Shown here piece by piece: positions 1 to 9,892 of a DNA stretch of 55,213 bases. A model generated the notes under the pieces. That model saw nothing but the letters and a program-made list of their open reading frames with translations. It was not told the DNA's origin and made no database searches. The position numbers and the translations under genes were made by a program. The stretch covers positions 1 to 55,213 of the IMG/VR virus record IMGVR_UViG_3300042291_000512; one strand, 5' to 3'. Each line of letters begins with the position of its first letter. The first letter of the stretch is position 1. The DNA comes from a virus (Duplodnaviria; Caudoviricetes).

Positions 1-1
1 A

Positions 2-106
2 ATTGGTAACCCATCTTATGATTTGGAAAGACATAAAGTAAGAAATTTAAATATAGGTAAAGATGTAATTCTTTCTGTTAGATTATTTGAATCAACAAAC
101 GAATAG
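2..106 (+). CDS. 3' end of an upstream hypothetical gene (partial)
   Basis: Open frame IGNPSYDLERHK...LFESTNE ending in TAG at 104-106, 4 nt before the next ATG. Confidence 0.6.
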   Translation: MGNPSYDLERHKVRNLNIGKDVILSVRLFESTNE

Positions 107-110
107 TAAA

Positions 111-926
111 ATGAAACTTTCAGAGTGTATTATTGTATCTAAAGAAATTAAAGATAAGTTTATCCTAGCTAAAAATAGAGATAGAGCGTATAATCCATCT
201 TTAGAAATCGTACATACTATCATTGATGGTGTGGAAGTTGCATATCTACATGATTTAATAACGGATTGGAGTGAGGGTTTAAACGAAAACGGAATTGGTG
301 TTGTAAACTCAGCACTATTAGTTGGACACGATGAAGCCGAACATAAGATTGTAAAGAAAGGTGGAAAGCCAGGTCCTGATGGTGATAAGATGAGAAATAT
401 CATTAAGCAACCTACTCTAATGGCCGCAGTAAGAGCTACACTATCATATAAGGGCAAGAGTGGGATGTCTTTAAAAGGTCATACATTTGTATCATCTCCA
501 AAACATATGGTTAGTATTGAAACTACATCAAAGCATAAGCCTGATGTTAAACTTCAAAATACCGAATCACCTGTTGTTCGTACAAATCACGGACATATGT
601 TCACTGATGCTGGATACACAAGCGGTGAGAAATATCTAAGTTCACAATTGAGAAAAATATCAGCAGAGAAATCAGTTGATAAAATAGAAGATTGGAAAGA
701 AATAGCACACGCTATGAGAAAGGAATACTTTCCAAAGAAACCAGCTCTTAATATGAAAAGAGATACGGAAGAAATGTCTACATCATCTCAAACTGTAATG
801 AACCTGACCGATAAGGTATTGCAAATAACTTACTTTAAGGGTAAAGTAAATGAATTCAAAGGTATTAATAGACAACTGCCTGAAGGATATCAACCTAAGA
901 TTACAATCGAAGTAATCTCAATTTAA
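111..926 (+). CDS. Ntn-hydrolase (C45/AAT-like cysteine amidase) with a 5-aa leader
   Basis: ATG at 111 preferred over TTG at 87. MKLSE-CIIV...LAKNRD, EGLNENG and VVRTNH are motifs typical of Cys-nucleophile Ntn hydrolases. Confidence 0.7.
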   Translation: MKLSECIIVSKEIKDKFILAKNRDRAYNPSLEIVHTIIDGVEVAYLHDLITDWSEGLNENGIGVVNSALLVGHDEAEHKIVKKGGKPGPDGDKMRNIIKQPTLMAAVRATLSYKGKSGMSLKGHTFVSSPKHMVSIETTSKHKPDVKLQNTESPVVRTNHGHMFTDAGYTSGEKYLSSQLRKISAEKSVDKIEDWKEIAHAMRKEYFPKKPALNMKRDTEEMSTSSQTVMNLTDKVLQITYFKGKVNEFKGINRQLPEGYQPKITIEVISI

Positions 927-982
927 TTTCAACATTTTTATAGAACCATATTTATATACATACAAAATGTAAATATATTAAT

Positions 983-1375
983 ATGTCAACAGAATTCGAA
1001 TTATTCAAAGGTAAATCATTAGGTGGTCTTTTTGAAGATATCTATAACAACCAAGTTTCTAAAAAAACAAAGATTAGTGCTCTAATTGAGGAATTAAAGA
1101 AAATGGTTAGACACGCAGGTGATATGGGAACTTTAGGTCCTGTAATTGGTGGTTTAATTGATAGTTCAGTTAGGAACGATGACCAATTGGTTAAGTTAGC
1201 AACAATCGCAACTAAGATTATGGCATCAGAAAAGAAAACCGAAGGACAAGAAGGATTTCTATCAGCATTTGAGAAAGAACAATTGCTTAAAGATTTGGAA
1301 GAAACTAAAGAACAAGTAGAAAGAGTTGATGATTTGGAATTTGAGTTAGATGAGTTAAAACAAAAAATAAAATAG
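983..1375 (+). CDS. helical hypothetical protein (possible small terminase-like)
   Basis: 130-aa ORF preceded by the ATATTTATA motif; function not established. Confidence 0.55.
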   Translation: MSTEFELFKGKSLGGLFEDIYNNQVSKKTKISALIEELKKMVRHAGDMGTLGPVIGGLIDSSVRNDDQLVKLATIATKIMASEKKTEGQEGFLSAFEKEQLLKDLEETKEQVERVDDLEFELDELKQKIK

Positions 1376-1376
1376 C

Positions 1377-2621
1377 ATGTCAGGATTGCAAAATGCTAGT
1401 GTATCGGCTGTACAATCCAGTCAAGCAACGGCAACTAATAGTGAAAAACGCCAGGGTATAGTTTATAGTATAATATTAGATGAAACTCACCCATATTTAA
1501 AAAATAGAGAAGATTCTAAAAACAAAGAATCAATTTTTATTGGAGCAATTGAATACAAATTAACAGGACAATTAGCAACTGATGAGGCCAGTTTACCTAT
1601 TGCATATCCATTAGATAAAAACTTTAAAACACTTCCAGTAAAAAATGAAGCTGTTGAAATTATAAACGGAGCAGGTGGTACTACCTATTACAAACGAATT
1701 GGTCCTGAACTAACACCATTTGTAAATGCGGATATGAATGCAATATCCAAATTATTTAATCCGGTAAAAGCAGATACAAATACATCAAAAGATTACTCAA
1801 AAGTACAATCGACCGGAATAACCAGAAGTAATACAAATGAATCCGCAAAGTATGATAATTATGGTGATTATTTTAAATATGAAAAAGGTATTCACAAATT
1901 AAAATTATGGGAAGGTGATACTTTATTTGAAAGTAGATTTGGACAATCAATTAGATTTTCTGGATATAATAACGATGAAAAGAAATATTCACCTGTAATT
2001 ATAATAAGAAATGGGGAAAACGCAGATTCTAAAAAATTATTAGATAATGAGGTAACCAAAGAAGATATAAATCGAGATGGGAGTATAATAGCTATCACAT
2101 CAGATAAGTTTCAATTGGGATTTGTTCCAGGTAAATTAGATGATAAGGGTAAAGGTAATTTTGAAACAAAGCCAGAATCGTTTGAAAACTATCCAGATAA
2201 ATTAATAGGTGACCAAATACTTTTAAATTCGGATAGAATAATTTTATCTGCAAAAAGTGGAGAAATGTTATTCTATTCAAAAAAGAATTATGGATTTATT
2301 TCAGATGGTGGACTCTCAATAGATAATAAGGGTGGTATTGATGTTAGTACAAAAGATAATGTTAATTTTATAACAAACGATAGAGATTTCGCCATTCATA
2401 GTGGTAAGGGTTCTATATTTTTAGGAGATACTGAATTAGAACCATTGGTTAAAGGAACAAAATTAGTTGAATTATTAGCAGAACTTATAGATGCAATAGT
2501 TGCACAAAATTATTTAACACCGTCTGGACCATCTAAAGTAGGACCTGAAAACCTACCTACATTTAATAAAATAAAATCAAAGCTAAATAATATCTTAAGT
2601 AAATTAAATCAAACATCTTAA
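1377..2621 (+). CDS. baseplate hub/spike protein (gp5/GpV-like OB fold plus beta-helix)
   Basis: LPVKNEAV, EGDTLFESRFGQSIRF, beta-strand repeats and C-terminal IFLG...PLVKG; located at the start of the baseplate cluster. Confidence 0.65.
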   Translation: MSGLQNASVSAVQSSQATATNSEKRQGIVYSIILDETHPYLKNREDSKNKESIFIGAIEYKLTGQLATDEASLPIAYPLDKNFKTLPVKNEAVEIINGAGGTTYYKRIGPELTPFVNADMNAISKLFNPVKADTNTSKDYSKVQSTGITRSNTNESAKYDNYGDYFKYEKGIHKLKLWEGDTLFESRFGQSIRFSGYNNDEKKYSPVIIIRNGENADSKKLLDNEVTKEDINRDGSIIAITSDKFQLGFVPGKLDDKGKGNFETKPESFENYPDKLIGDQILLNSDRIILSAKSGEMLFYSKKNYGFISDGGLSIDNKGGIDVSTKDNVNFITNDRDFAIHSGKGSIFLGDTELEPLVKGTKLVELLAELIDAIVAQNYLTPSGPSKVGPENLPTFNKIKSKLNNILSKLNQTS

Positions 2622-2622
2622 T

Positions 2623-3540
2623 ATGGAAAATTTAACTGGACAAGCTACTGATTTAAAAAACCAAGCACAATCAACTGCAACAGCGGCGGTTGGTAATGCC
2701 CAAGCAACTGCAACAGCGGCGGTTGGCAATGCTCAAGCCGCAGCATCAAATGCGGTTGGCGCAGCTACATCTGCGGTGAGTGATTTGCAATCAAAAATTC
2801 CACAACTTCCAAAGATACCAAATATACCTAAACTACCTGGTGTTCCTGAATTCAAAACAAAAAAACTACCAGTTCCTAAAAAATTTAAAAATAGTAAATT
2901 CAAAGATAAATTGGCAAACGCATCGGCCAAAGCAAAACAATTGGCTGCAAAAGGACAGGCATTGGCTGCAAAAGGGCAAGCGGCTGTAGCTGGAGCACAG
3001 GCAAAAGTTCAATCAACAATTGCTTCCGCTCAAGAGAAAGCACAAAAAATAGTATCAGATGCACAAGATAAAGTAAATAAAGGAATCGCGAGTGTAGAAG
3101 AAAAAGCAACCGCAATGGCAGAAAAAGCTAAACAAAGTGTGCAAAATGAAATAAAAAATATTCAAGAAGGAAATATAAGTAAACCATTAAGTGGAGTAGA
3201 AAAAGATAAATTAATAATTAATAAAACAACTGAATTGGCGGTCACTGATGCAAAAGCTACTCAAGACGCAGCCAAAGCAGCATTGGCGAAATCAAACGAA
3301 ACAATAGGAAAACCTGATTTATCAACACCTATGAAATTTATCAAATCATATGATACTCCTAAAAATGGAAATAGATTTTATTTTTATCAACAAAGAGATA
3401 GTGTTGGGGTTTATTATACATCTGTACATGATAAAAAAGACCCATTTTCATATAAAATTCAGAATTTTGCAAAGAAAACTGCAGAAAGTGGAATAGACGT
3501 GGCTACTAGATATTGTAATGAAGTAGAAGATGATGCTTAA
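2623..3540 (+). CDS. Ala/Gln/Lys-rich repeat protein
   Basis: 11-aa repeats (TATAAVGNAQA), 7-aa repeats (LAAKGQA) and a PKIP-rich segment. Confidence 0.6.
   Translation: MENLTGQATDLKNQAQSTATAAVGNAQATATAAVGNAQAAASNAVGAATSAVSDLQSKIPQLPKIPNIPKLPGVPEFKTKKLPVPKKFKNSKFKDKLANASAKAKQLAAKGQALAAKGQAAVAGAQAKVQSTIASAQEKAQKIVSDAQDKVNKGIASVEEKATAMAEKAKQSVQNEIKNIQEGNISKPLSGVEKDKLIINKTTELAVTDAKATQDAAKAALAKSNETIGKPDLSTPMKFIKSYDTPKNGNRFYFYQQRDSVGVYYTSVHDKKDPFSYKIQNFAKKTAESGIDVATRYCNEVEDDA
2672..2737 (+). repeat. 33-bp tandem repeat, 2 copies (coding)
   Basis: caactgcaacagcggcggttgg(t/c)aatgc(c/t)caag occurs twice. Confidence 0.85.
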
Positions 3541-3558
3541 TAAACAAAATAGTTAATT

Positions 3559-4791
3559 ATGTCTTGGCAAACATTTAAAAATAATATATTAAATCTTTCT
3601 AATAGTCCCGAAAGTATTGCAGATATTGATACGGTTGCAAAAACATATGCAACTGAATATGATGCTGCTATTAAACGAGGAAAGGATTCACTTCATCAAA
3701 TATCTTTACAAAAGGGAAACGTAGATGCAATGCAACAATTATTTAAAGCTGCTTTGCAAAAAGGCCAAACATCAACTGCCCCATATGATTTGGTTGGTGA
3801 AATGGGTAAGGGTGTAATTGCGTATTGGTCTGGTGCAACTATGAATAACTTTCCAACACCGGTAATTCCCGCTCCTGGTGCGGTATCAAATGTTTCGGTT
3901 GTATCTAATATGGTAGTAAATCCTGGGCAATGGACACCTCCAACACCAGCTGCAGCCGCGGCAATATCCAACGATGATGTACAATCTCCATATGATAAAT
4001 TAGATTGGAACGAAATACCATTGGATAAAAATGATCCAGATGTTCAAGAAATAATAAATCCAGATCCAGAAAAAATAAACGAAGAAATTATACAATCGGA
4101 TTTAGTAATAGCAGGTGATGATGAAAGTGCTTCTATAATAACTGAAATGGATAATACTAAAGCAGAAATAATTGATAAAGCGTTATATGACCAAAAGGTA
4201 TTATCCGAAGAAAAATTACCACCTGCAAAAAAATTAGAAAATGACACCGCTTTAAAAAGTGGATATAAAAACTTAGATGAATTATTAAAAAAAGCCGGAG
4301 CGTGGGGCCCCAAATTGGGCAAAAATCCAAGAATTAGTTATGAAAATTTAAGAATAGGATTCAACTCGGATATACATGGACTTTGTCCACAGGGAACTCA
4401 AGCAGTAGTTGTGGCATTAACCGGTGTTAAAGGATTAGGAACTCTTAGTGGAAACGCAGATTGGTTCTCATTTAAGAATCCATCAACTGGTGGAGGGCGT
4501 TCATCGTTTGCTACTAACATCGGTGGTAAATCTTATTATAATGATAAAGTTAATGTTGGCGATGAATATACATTAGATTCTACAAAATGGCAAGTTGGTG
4601 ATATTATAGTAATGGGGTATAATGATAAAAAGTATGGCCACATACAAGTTTGGACAGGTTGGAAATGGGTTAGTGATTTTACTCAAAATAAAATACAAGC
4701 AAATTGGGTAGATAAATCATCTATTGCATTGTGGAGATTAAATGAAAACGGTAAAAGCGTAGTAACATCAGAAAAAAATAAAACGGCTTAA
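3559..4791 (+). CDS. virion-associated protein with C-terminal CHAP/NlpC-P60-like peptidoglycan amidase
   Basis: GLCPQG (Cys), GNADW, QVGDIIV and YGHIQVWTGWKWVSDF (His); acidic linker upstream. Confidence 0.7.
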   Translation: MSWQTFKNNILNLSNSPESIADIDTVAKTYATEYDAAIKRGKDSLHQISLQKGNVDAMQQLFKAALQKGQTSTAPYDLVGEMGKGVIAYWSGATMNNFPTPVIPAPGAVSNVSVVSNMVVNPGQWTPPTPAAAAAISNDDVQSPYDKLDWNEIPLDKNDPDVQEIINPDPEKINEEIIQSDLVIAGDDESASIITEMDNTKAEIIDKALYDQKVLSEEKLPPAKKLENDTALKSGYKNLDELLKKAGAWGPKLGKNPRISYENLRIGFNSDIHGLCPQGTQAVVVALTGVKGLGTLSGNADWFSFKNPSTGGGRSSFATNIGGKSYYNDKVNVGDEYTLDSTKWQVGDIIVMGYNDKKYGHIQVWTGWKWVSDFTQNKIQANWVDKSSIALWRLNENGKSVVTSEKNKTA

Positions 4792-4793
4792 AA

Positions 4794-5786
4794 ATGTCAG
4801 TAATACCTCCAACAAAAAATTCGGCAATTATAGTAGATGATTTTATATCATATGCAACATTGCATTTATCTACTGTGAGTGGTATTATAAATACCGTATC
4901 ACTATATCCGCCACTTGGAACTCCTGGTCCTGGTGTTATAATGTGGTCCTCATACATGGTAACTCCATCTAGACCTGGGGGAGCTGCATCAACTGCATCG
5001 GAAACACCTGAAGAAATAGCCGATGTTGCGGAAGTAGATACAACTGAAATAGAAATGACGGATGCTCAATTAGTGGCATCAGAAGAAGCATCTTTAGAAG
5101 GTTCAGATATAAACGAAGCATCCGCTGAAGCATATTCACTTCCAGAAGATGCACCAATACCAAGTGAGGAGGAACAGACTAGTGTTGAGGAACGAATTAC
5201 AGCGGATGCTGAAAAGGAACCTGACCCTCCATTGGCAGAAGAGGAAAAGCCTAAAGATAACATTCCTCCAGTTCCAAATTACAAAACAAAGATAAAAGTA
5301 CCAAGTGAATTAGTAGCGGCTATGAGAAAATATGGTTTAGCAAAAACACCATTAGAAAGAGCTCATTTTTTGGCACAAACTAACCATGAATCTGGTAATT
5401 TCGTATATAAAGAAGAAATTGCATCTGGAACTGCATATGAAGGTAGGAAGGATTTGGGTAATACGCAACCTGGTGATGGTAAACGATATAAAGGTAGAGG
5501 GTATATACAATTAACCGGAAGAGCTAATTATAAAAAATTCGGACCAATCGCTGGGGATGATTTTGAAGGTAATCCAACATTAGTAGGTTCTAAGTATTAT
5601 GCGGATACTGCGTGCTTATTTTGGAAAGCAAATAAATTGGGAGAAAAATGTAAAGATTCAACCACAGTTACTATAAAAGTTATAACAAAACGAATTAATG
5701 GCGGTTACAATGGATTAGATGACAGAATTAAAAAATTTACGATGTATTGGACAGAATTACAAAAAGACCCAACTCTTTGGGCCTAA
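4794..5786 (+). CDS. protein with C-terminal GH19 (chitinase-like lysozyme) domain
   Basis: HFLAQTNHES, YEGRKDLGN, YKGRGYIQLTGRANY and TKRINGGYNGLDDR. Confidence 0.9.
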   Translation: MSVIPPTKNSAIIVDDFISYATLHLSTVSGIINTVSLYPPLGTPGPGVIMWSSYMVTPSRPGGAASTASETPEEIADVAEVDTTEIEMTDAQLVASEEASLEGSDINEASAEAYSLPEDAPIPSEEEQTSVEERITADAEKEPDPPLAEEEKPKDNIPPVPNYKTKIKVPSELVAAMRKYGLAKTPLERAHFLAQTNHESGNFVYKEEIASGTAYEGRKDLGNTQPGDGKRYKGRGYIQLTGRANYKKFGPIAGDDFEGNPTLVGSKYYADTACLFWKANKLGEKCKDSTTVTIKVITKRINGGYNGLDDRIKKFTMYWTELQKDPTLWA

Positions 5787-5844
5787 TTCTCAAAAATACT
5801 TAATTTAAATATTTATAAACATAACAAACAAAGAATAGAATATT

Positions 5845-6345
5845 ATGGACATGGATAAACTATTAGAAGCCATTCAAATTCTGATTAAAGAGGAGCTCAA
5901 AGAGCAATTACCTGCTTTAATTAAGGAAGGTGTGAAGGCTGAAATGAAAAAAATGCTATCTGAAACAAAGGTAGCACCAAAACCAGTATCAAAGAGTATC
6001 TCAATGGCTAAGGCTGTATTGGGAGATGATACTATTACAGAATCGGTAGTTCAAAAGGAAATACCAACAAAGCAATACAGCAAAAACCCAATGATTAACC
6101 AAATTCTTAATGAAACAAGAGGAGGTATCCCACAGGGTGATGGTGGATTTAGAACAATGAATTTTGGACAAGCAGATATGGGTTCACTTGTAGGTGGAAC
6201 TGCATTAGCTGAAAAAATGGGTTATGGTGAAATGGCTAAAGGACCTTCTCCAACAGGATTGGGAGTAAACACTGGAGTAGCTGAAATAGATAAAGCATTG
6301 AATAGAGATTATTCAGAACTTGTAAAAAGATTTAAGAAGAAGTAA
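5845..6345 (+). CDS. hypothetical protein
   Basis: 166-aa ORF with upstream ATATTTATA motif; its stop overlaps the next start (TAATG). Confidence 0.7.
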   Translation: MDMDKLLEAIQILIKEELKEQLPALIKEGVKAEMKKMLSETKVAPKPVSKSISMAKAVLGDDTITESVVQKEIPTKQYSKNPMINQILNETRGGIPQGDGGFRTMNFGQADMGSLVGGTALAEKMGYGEMAKGPSPTGLGVNTGVAEIDKALNRDYSELVKRFKKK

Positions 6346-6773
6346 TGGCAATTGTATTAGGACAAAAATTAGTACAAGATACTAAAAAGTATGAAGATTA
6401 TGCGATAGGTATATCATTACCAATCCAAATCGGTAATACTGCGTTCAATCAAACCTTTACAACAAATGAGCAAATTAAATCAAATGTAAAAAATCTATTA
6501 TTAACTAAAAAAGGAGAAAGAGTAATGCAGCCTGAATTTGGTAGTGGGTTGCAGGAATTACTTTTTGATTTTAATGATGATACATTATCTGGTAAAATTG
6601 AAGATGCGATAACAGCAGCTTTAGAGCAATGGTTACCATATGTTACAGTAGAACAAATAGATGTAGAAAGTACAAGCAACAATAGAGATAATAATTTAGT
6701 AAATGTTTCCGTAACATTCGGATTGTTAAATCAAGTTGATTTAAACACGGTATCTTTTACAATAGCCGCTTAA
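6345..6773 (+). CDS. g25: baseplate wedge / sheath initiator (gp25/GpW family)
   Basis: QIKSNVKNLLLTKKGERVMQPEFGSGL...EQWLPYV. Confidence 0.9.
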   Translation: MAIVLGQKLVQDTKKYEDYAIGISLPIQIGNTAFNQTFTTNEQIKSNVKNLLLTKKGERVMQPEFGSGLQELLFDFNDDTLSGKIEDAITAALEQWLPYVTVEQIDVESTSNNRDNNLVNVSVTFGLLNQVDLNTVSFTIAA

Positions 6774-6783
6774 TAAAATAAAA

Positions 6784-8820
6784 ATGGGAATAACTGTAAC
6801 AAATAAGAATTTTAAAAATAAAGGAAAAGAAGTAAAATATCTTGATAAGGATTTTATTGGATTTAGAAGTAATTTAGTAGAATTTGCAAAAAACTATTTT
6901 CCTAAAACATATTCTGATTTCAATGAATCATCTCCGGGTATGATGTTTATAGAAATGGCATCGTATATAGGTGATTCATTATCGTATTACATCGATGATA
7001 CTTTAAAAGAATCATTGATGGTATATGCAGAAGACATAAAAAGTGTATTGGCATTATCTCAATATTTGGGATATAGACCAAAAGTAACTTCCCCAGCAAT
7101 AACAACCTTATCAGTTTATCAATTAGTACCATCGATAGGTATTGGCTTAAATAACATACCAGATTCAAAATATTTTTTAAGAATAAAAGAAGGATTACAA
7201 TCCATTTCAACAAAAGATGGTATATCATTTAGAACAACGGACGCTATTGATTTTTCGGAAGCAGCTAATAGAGAGATTAGTGTATATCAGAGAGAAGCGA
7301 TAACTGGTGAACCAAGCTTTTATTTAATTAAAAAATATGTTCAAGTCATATCTGGTGAATTAAAAGAAGCAACTTTTACATTTGGTTCATATTCTCCTTT
7401 TGAAAAAATAACATTAAATGATACTGATGTTATACAAATATTAGATGTTAGAGATTCAAATAATAATAAATGGTATGAAGTTCCTTATTTAGCTCAAGAA
7501 ATGGTTTTTGTAGATGTACCAAATACGGAAGTAAATGACCAAGACTTGTATCAATTTAAAACAACTGTACCATATATTTTAAAAACAATTAAAACACCAA
7601 AAAGATTTGTTTCAAAAATAGATGAAGAAAGTAGAACTATAATACAATTTGGTGCGGGGGATTCATCGGCATCGGATGAGCAATTAATTCCAAATCTTAA
7701 GAATGTTGGATTGGGTTTACCAAATTCCATAAGTAGATTAGAAGAATCGTTTGACCCAACAAATTTCTTAAAAACAAAAACATATGGCACATCTCCATCA
7801 AATACAACTATAACTGTTAAGTATTTAGTTGGTGGTGGTGTTAAATCAAATGTGTCAACTGGACAATTAACTAGAATTGATAAGATAGAATTCGAAGAAG
7901 ATACACAGGCATTAAGTGATGGTGATAGAGCAATATATAGTGCAACTAAAAATTCGGTTGCAATTGATAATGAAGTTACTGCAGGTGGTGGTAGAGGTGG
8001 CGAGACCGTTGAAGAAATTAGACAAAATGCATTAGCAAATTTTGGTTCTCAAAATAGAGCAGTAACTGCCAAAGATTATCAAGTAAGAGTATTATCTATG
8101 CCAGCAAAATTTGGAGCGGTTGCAAAGGCGTATGCTGTAGCAGATGGTACGATAGATAATAATTCACCAGCATCTATTTTAGCATCTCCTAATAATTTAC
8201 AAGAGTTTACCGATTTGGTAATGGGATTTGTTAATATGCCAGATAGTCAGGAACCTTCTGAACAATCGGTTAAAGAAGATATTACAAGATATTTGCTTGG
8301 AAAAACTTCAAATGAGAACGAAAAAAATAATCCATTTGCAATTAATTTATATTTGTTAGGATATGATTTATTTGGAAAATTAATTCCACTTACACGTGGT
8401 ATAAAAGAAAATGTTAAGACTTATTTAAATGAATATAGATTATTAACCGATGGTATAAACATTAATGATGGATTTATTATAAACATAGGTATTGAATTTG
8501 AAATATCAGTTTATCAGAATTATAATAAGAGTGAGGTATTGGCAAAATGTATTTCAGAATTAAAAGATTATTTTAATATTGATAATTGGCAATTCAATCA
8601 AACAATAAATTTAAGTGAAGTTGAATTATTAATAGCAAATATAGAAGGAGTTTCATCTGTTCCAAGTTTATTAATAGTGAATAAATGTGGAGGTAAGTAC
8701 GCACCAAATTCATATAATATAGAAGCGGCAACTAAAGCTAAGATTGTATATCCATCTTTAGACCCATCTATTTTTGAAATTAAATATCCGGATTCGGACA
8801 TAAAAGGCAGAGCAAAATAA
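6784..8820 (+). CDS. g6: baseplate wedge subunit (T4 gp6 / baseplate J-like)
   Basis: DFNESSPGMMFIE, IQFGAG, YLVGGG, GGRGGETVEEIR and QNRAVTAKDY; follows gp25. Confidence 0.88.
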   Translation: MGITVTNKNFKNKGKEVKYLDKDFIGFRSNLVEFAKNYFPKTYSDFNESSPGMMFIEMASYIGDSLSYYIDDTLKESLMVYAEDIKSVLALSQYLGYRPKVTSPAITTLSVYQLVPSIGIGLNNIPDSKYFLRIKEGLQSISTKDGISFRTTDAIDFSEAANREISVYQREAITGEPSFYLIKKYVQVISGELKEATFTFGSYSPFEKITLNDTDVIQILDVRDSNNNKWYEVPYLAQEMVFVDVPNTEVNDQDLYQFKTTVPYILKTIKTPKRFVSKIDEESRTIIQFGAGDSSASDEQLIPNLKNVGLGLPNSISRLEESFDPTNFLKTKTYGTSPSNTTITVKYLVGGGVKSNVSTGQLTRIDKIEFEEDTQALSDGDRAIYSATKNSVAIDNEVTAGGGRGGETVEEIRQNALANFGSQNRAVTAKDYQVRVLSMPAKFGAVAKAYAVADGTIDNNSPASILASPNNLQEFTDLVMGFVNMPDSQEPSEQSVKEDITRYLLGKTSNENEKNNPFAINLYLLGYDLFGKLIPLTRGIKENVKTYLNEYRLLTDGININDGFIINIGIEFEISVYQNYNKSEVLAKCISELKDYFNIDNWQFNQTINLSEVELLIANIEGVSSVPSLLIVNKCGGKYAPNSYNIEAATKAKIVYPSLDPSIFEIKYPDSDIKGRAK

Positions 8821-9890
8821 TGGCATACTATTTTTTAACAGCATCAAAAGATGCAACTCTTTATCTTCAACAACCCAATCAAAATACTGGGCTTGATGAA
8901 ATCTTAGAAATAAGTAAAGTGTATTATGGAAACATTAAAGATGTATCACATATACTACTTAAATTTGATGTTGGATTTATATCGGCATCAATTTCTAATA
9001 ATAGTATTTCAATGAACTCCGCTGAGTTAATTTTAAAAGAAACTCAAAGTGACGAAATTCCTTTAGAATATACGATATATGCGAATCCACTATCTGGTAG
9101 TTGGGAAATGGGAACTGGTACTAGATTTGATAATATATCAACTCAAGGTGTTACTTGGAATTATAGAGAAGGTGATTCTTCATTGGAATGGTTGCAAAAT
9201 AACTTTGCAACAAATACAACAGCTAGTGTTAATAACGGAGATGGTGGAACTTGGTACACGGATTATGGAACATCACAAACATTTAATTATCAGACAGCCG
9301 ATATTAATATGGATGTAAAATCTATGTTAAGAGTTTGGATGAGTGGTTCTAAACCAAATGATGGGATGATTTTAAAATATGCAACTGAAAAAGAAAGTGA
9401 CACTGCTGATTATGGGCAGTTGAAATTCTTTAGTAAAGAAACACATACGATATATCAACCAAAAATACGAATAGGATGGGATGATTCGGTATTTGCTACC
9501 GGTTCATTGAGTGCTCTAACTGCAAGTGATATTAAAGTTGGTATAACTAATTTGAAGAAAGAATACAAAGCAGGAACTATTGCTAAAATACAAATTTTTG
9601 GTAGAGAATTATATCCTCTAAAAACATTTACCGATACATTTGCATATACTAATATAAAGTATTTACCAACTACAACTTATTATCAAATAAGAGATTATGC
9701 ATCAAATGATATTATAATTCCATTTAGTGATTATTCTAAAATTAGTTGCGATACTAACGGAAATTATATAAAAGTTAATTTTTCAAATTGGGAAGCAGAT
9801 AGAGTTTATAAAATAGAATTTAAGATAGATAATAACGGTGGTATTGAATATTTTGATGATAATATAACATTTAGTATAGTAAAAGATTAA
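8820..9890 (+). CDS. virion structural protein (beta-rich, DNRLRE-like N-terminus)
   Basis: ASKDATLY...NTGLDEILEI...LLKFD; lies within the baseplate operon. Confidence 0.6.
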   Translation: MAYYFLTASKDATLYLQQPNQNTGLDEILEISKVYYGNIKDVSHILLKFDVGFISASISNNSISMNSAELILKETQSDEIPLEYTIYANPLSGSWEMGTGTRFDNISTQGVTWNYREGDSSLEWLQNNFATNTTASVNNGDGGTWYTDYGTSQTFNYQTADINMDVKSMLRVWMSGSKPNDGMILKYATEKESDTADYGQLKFFSKETHTIYQPKIRIGWDDSVFATGSLSALTASDIKVGITNLKKEYKAGTIAKIQIFGRELYPLKTFTDTFAYTNIKYLPTTTYYQIRDYASNDIIIPFSDYSKISCDTNGNYIKVNFSNWEADRVYKIEFKIDNNGGIEYFDDNITFSIVKD

Positions 9891-9892
9891 TA

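Noticed and set aside
87-110. TTG start at 87 (likewise TTG at 21195 and 36664)
   Set aside because: These overlap the upstream gene or promoter; nearby ATGs have better context
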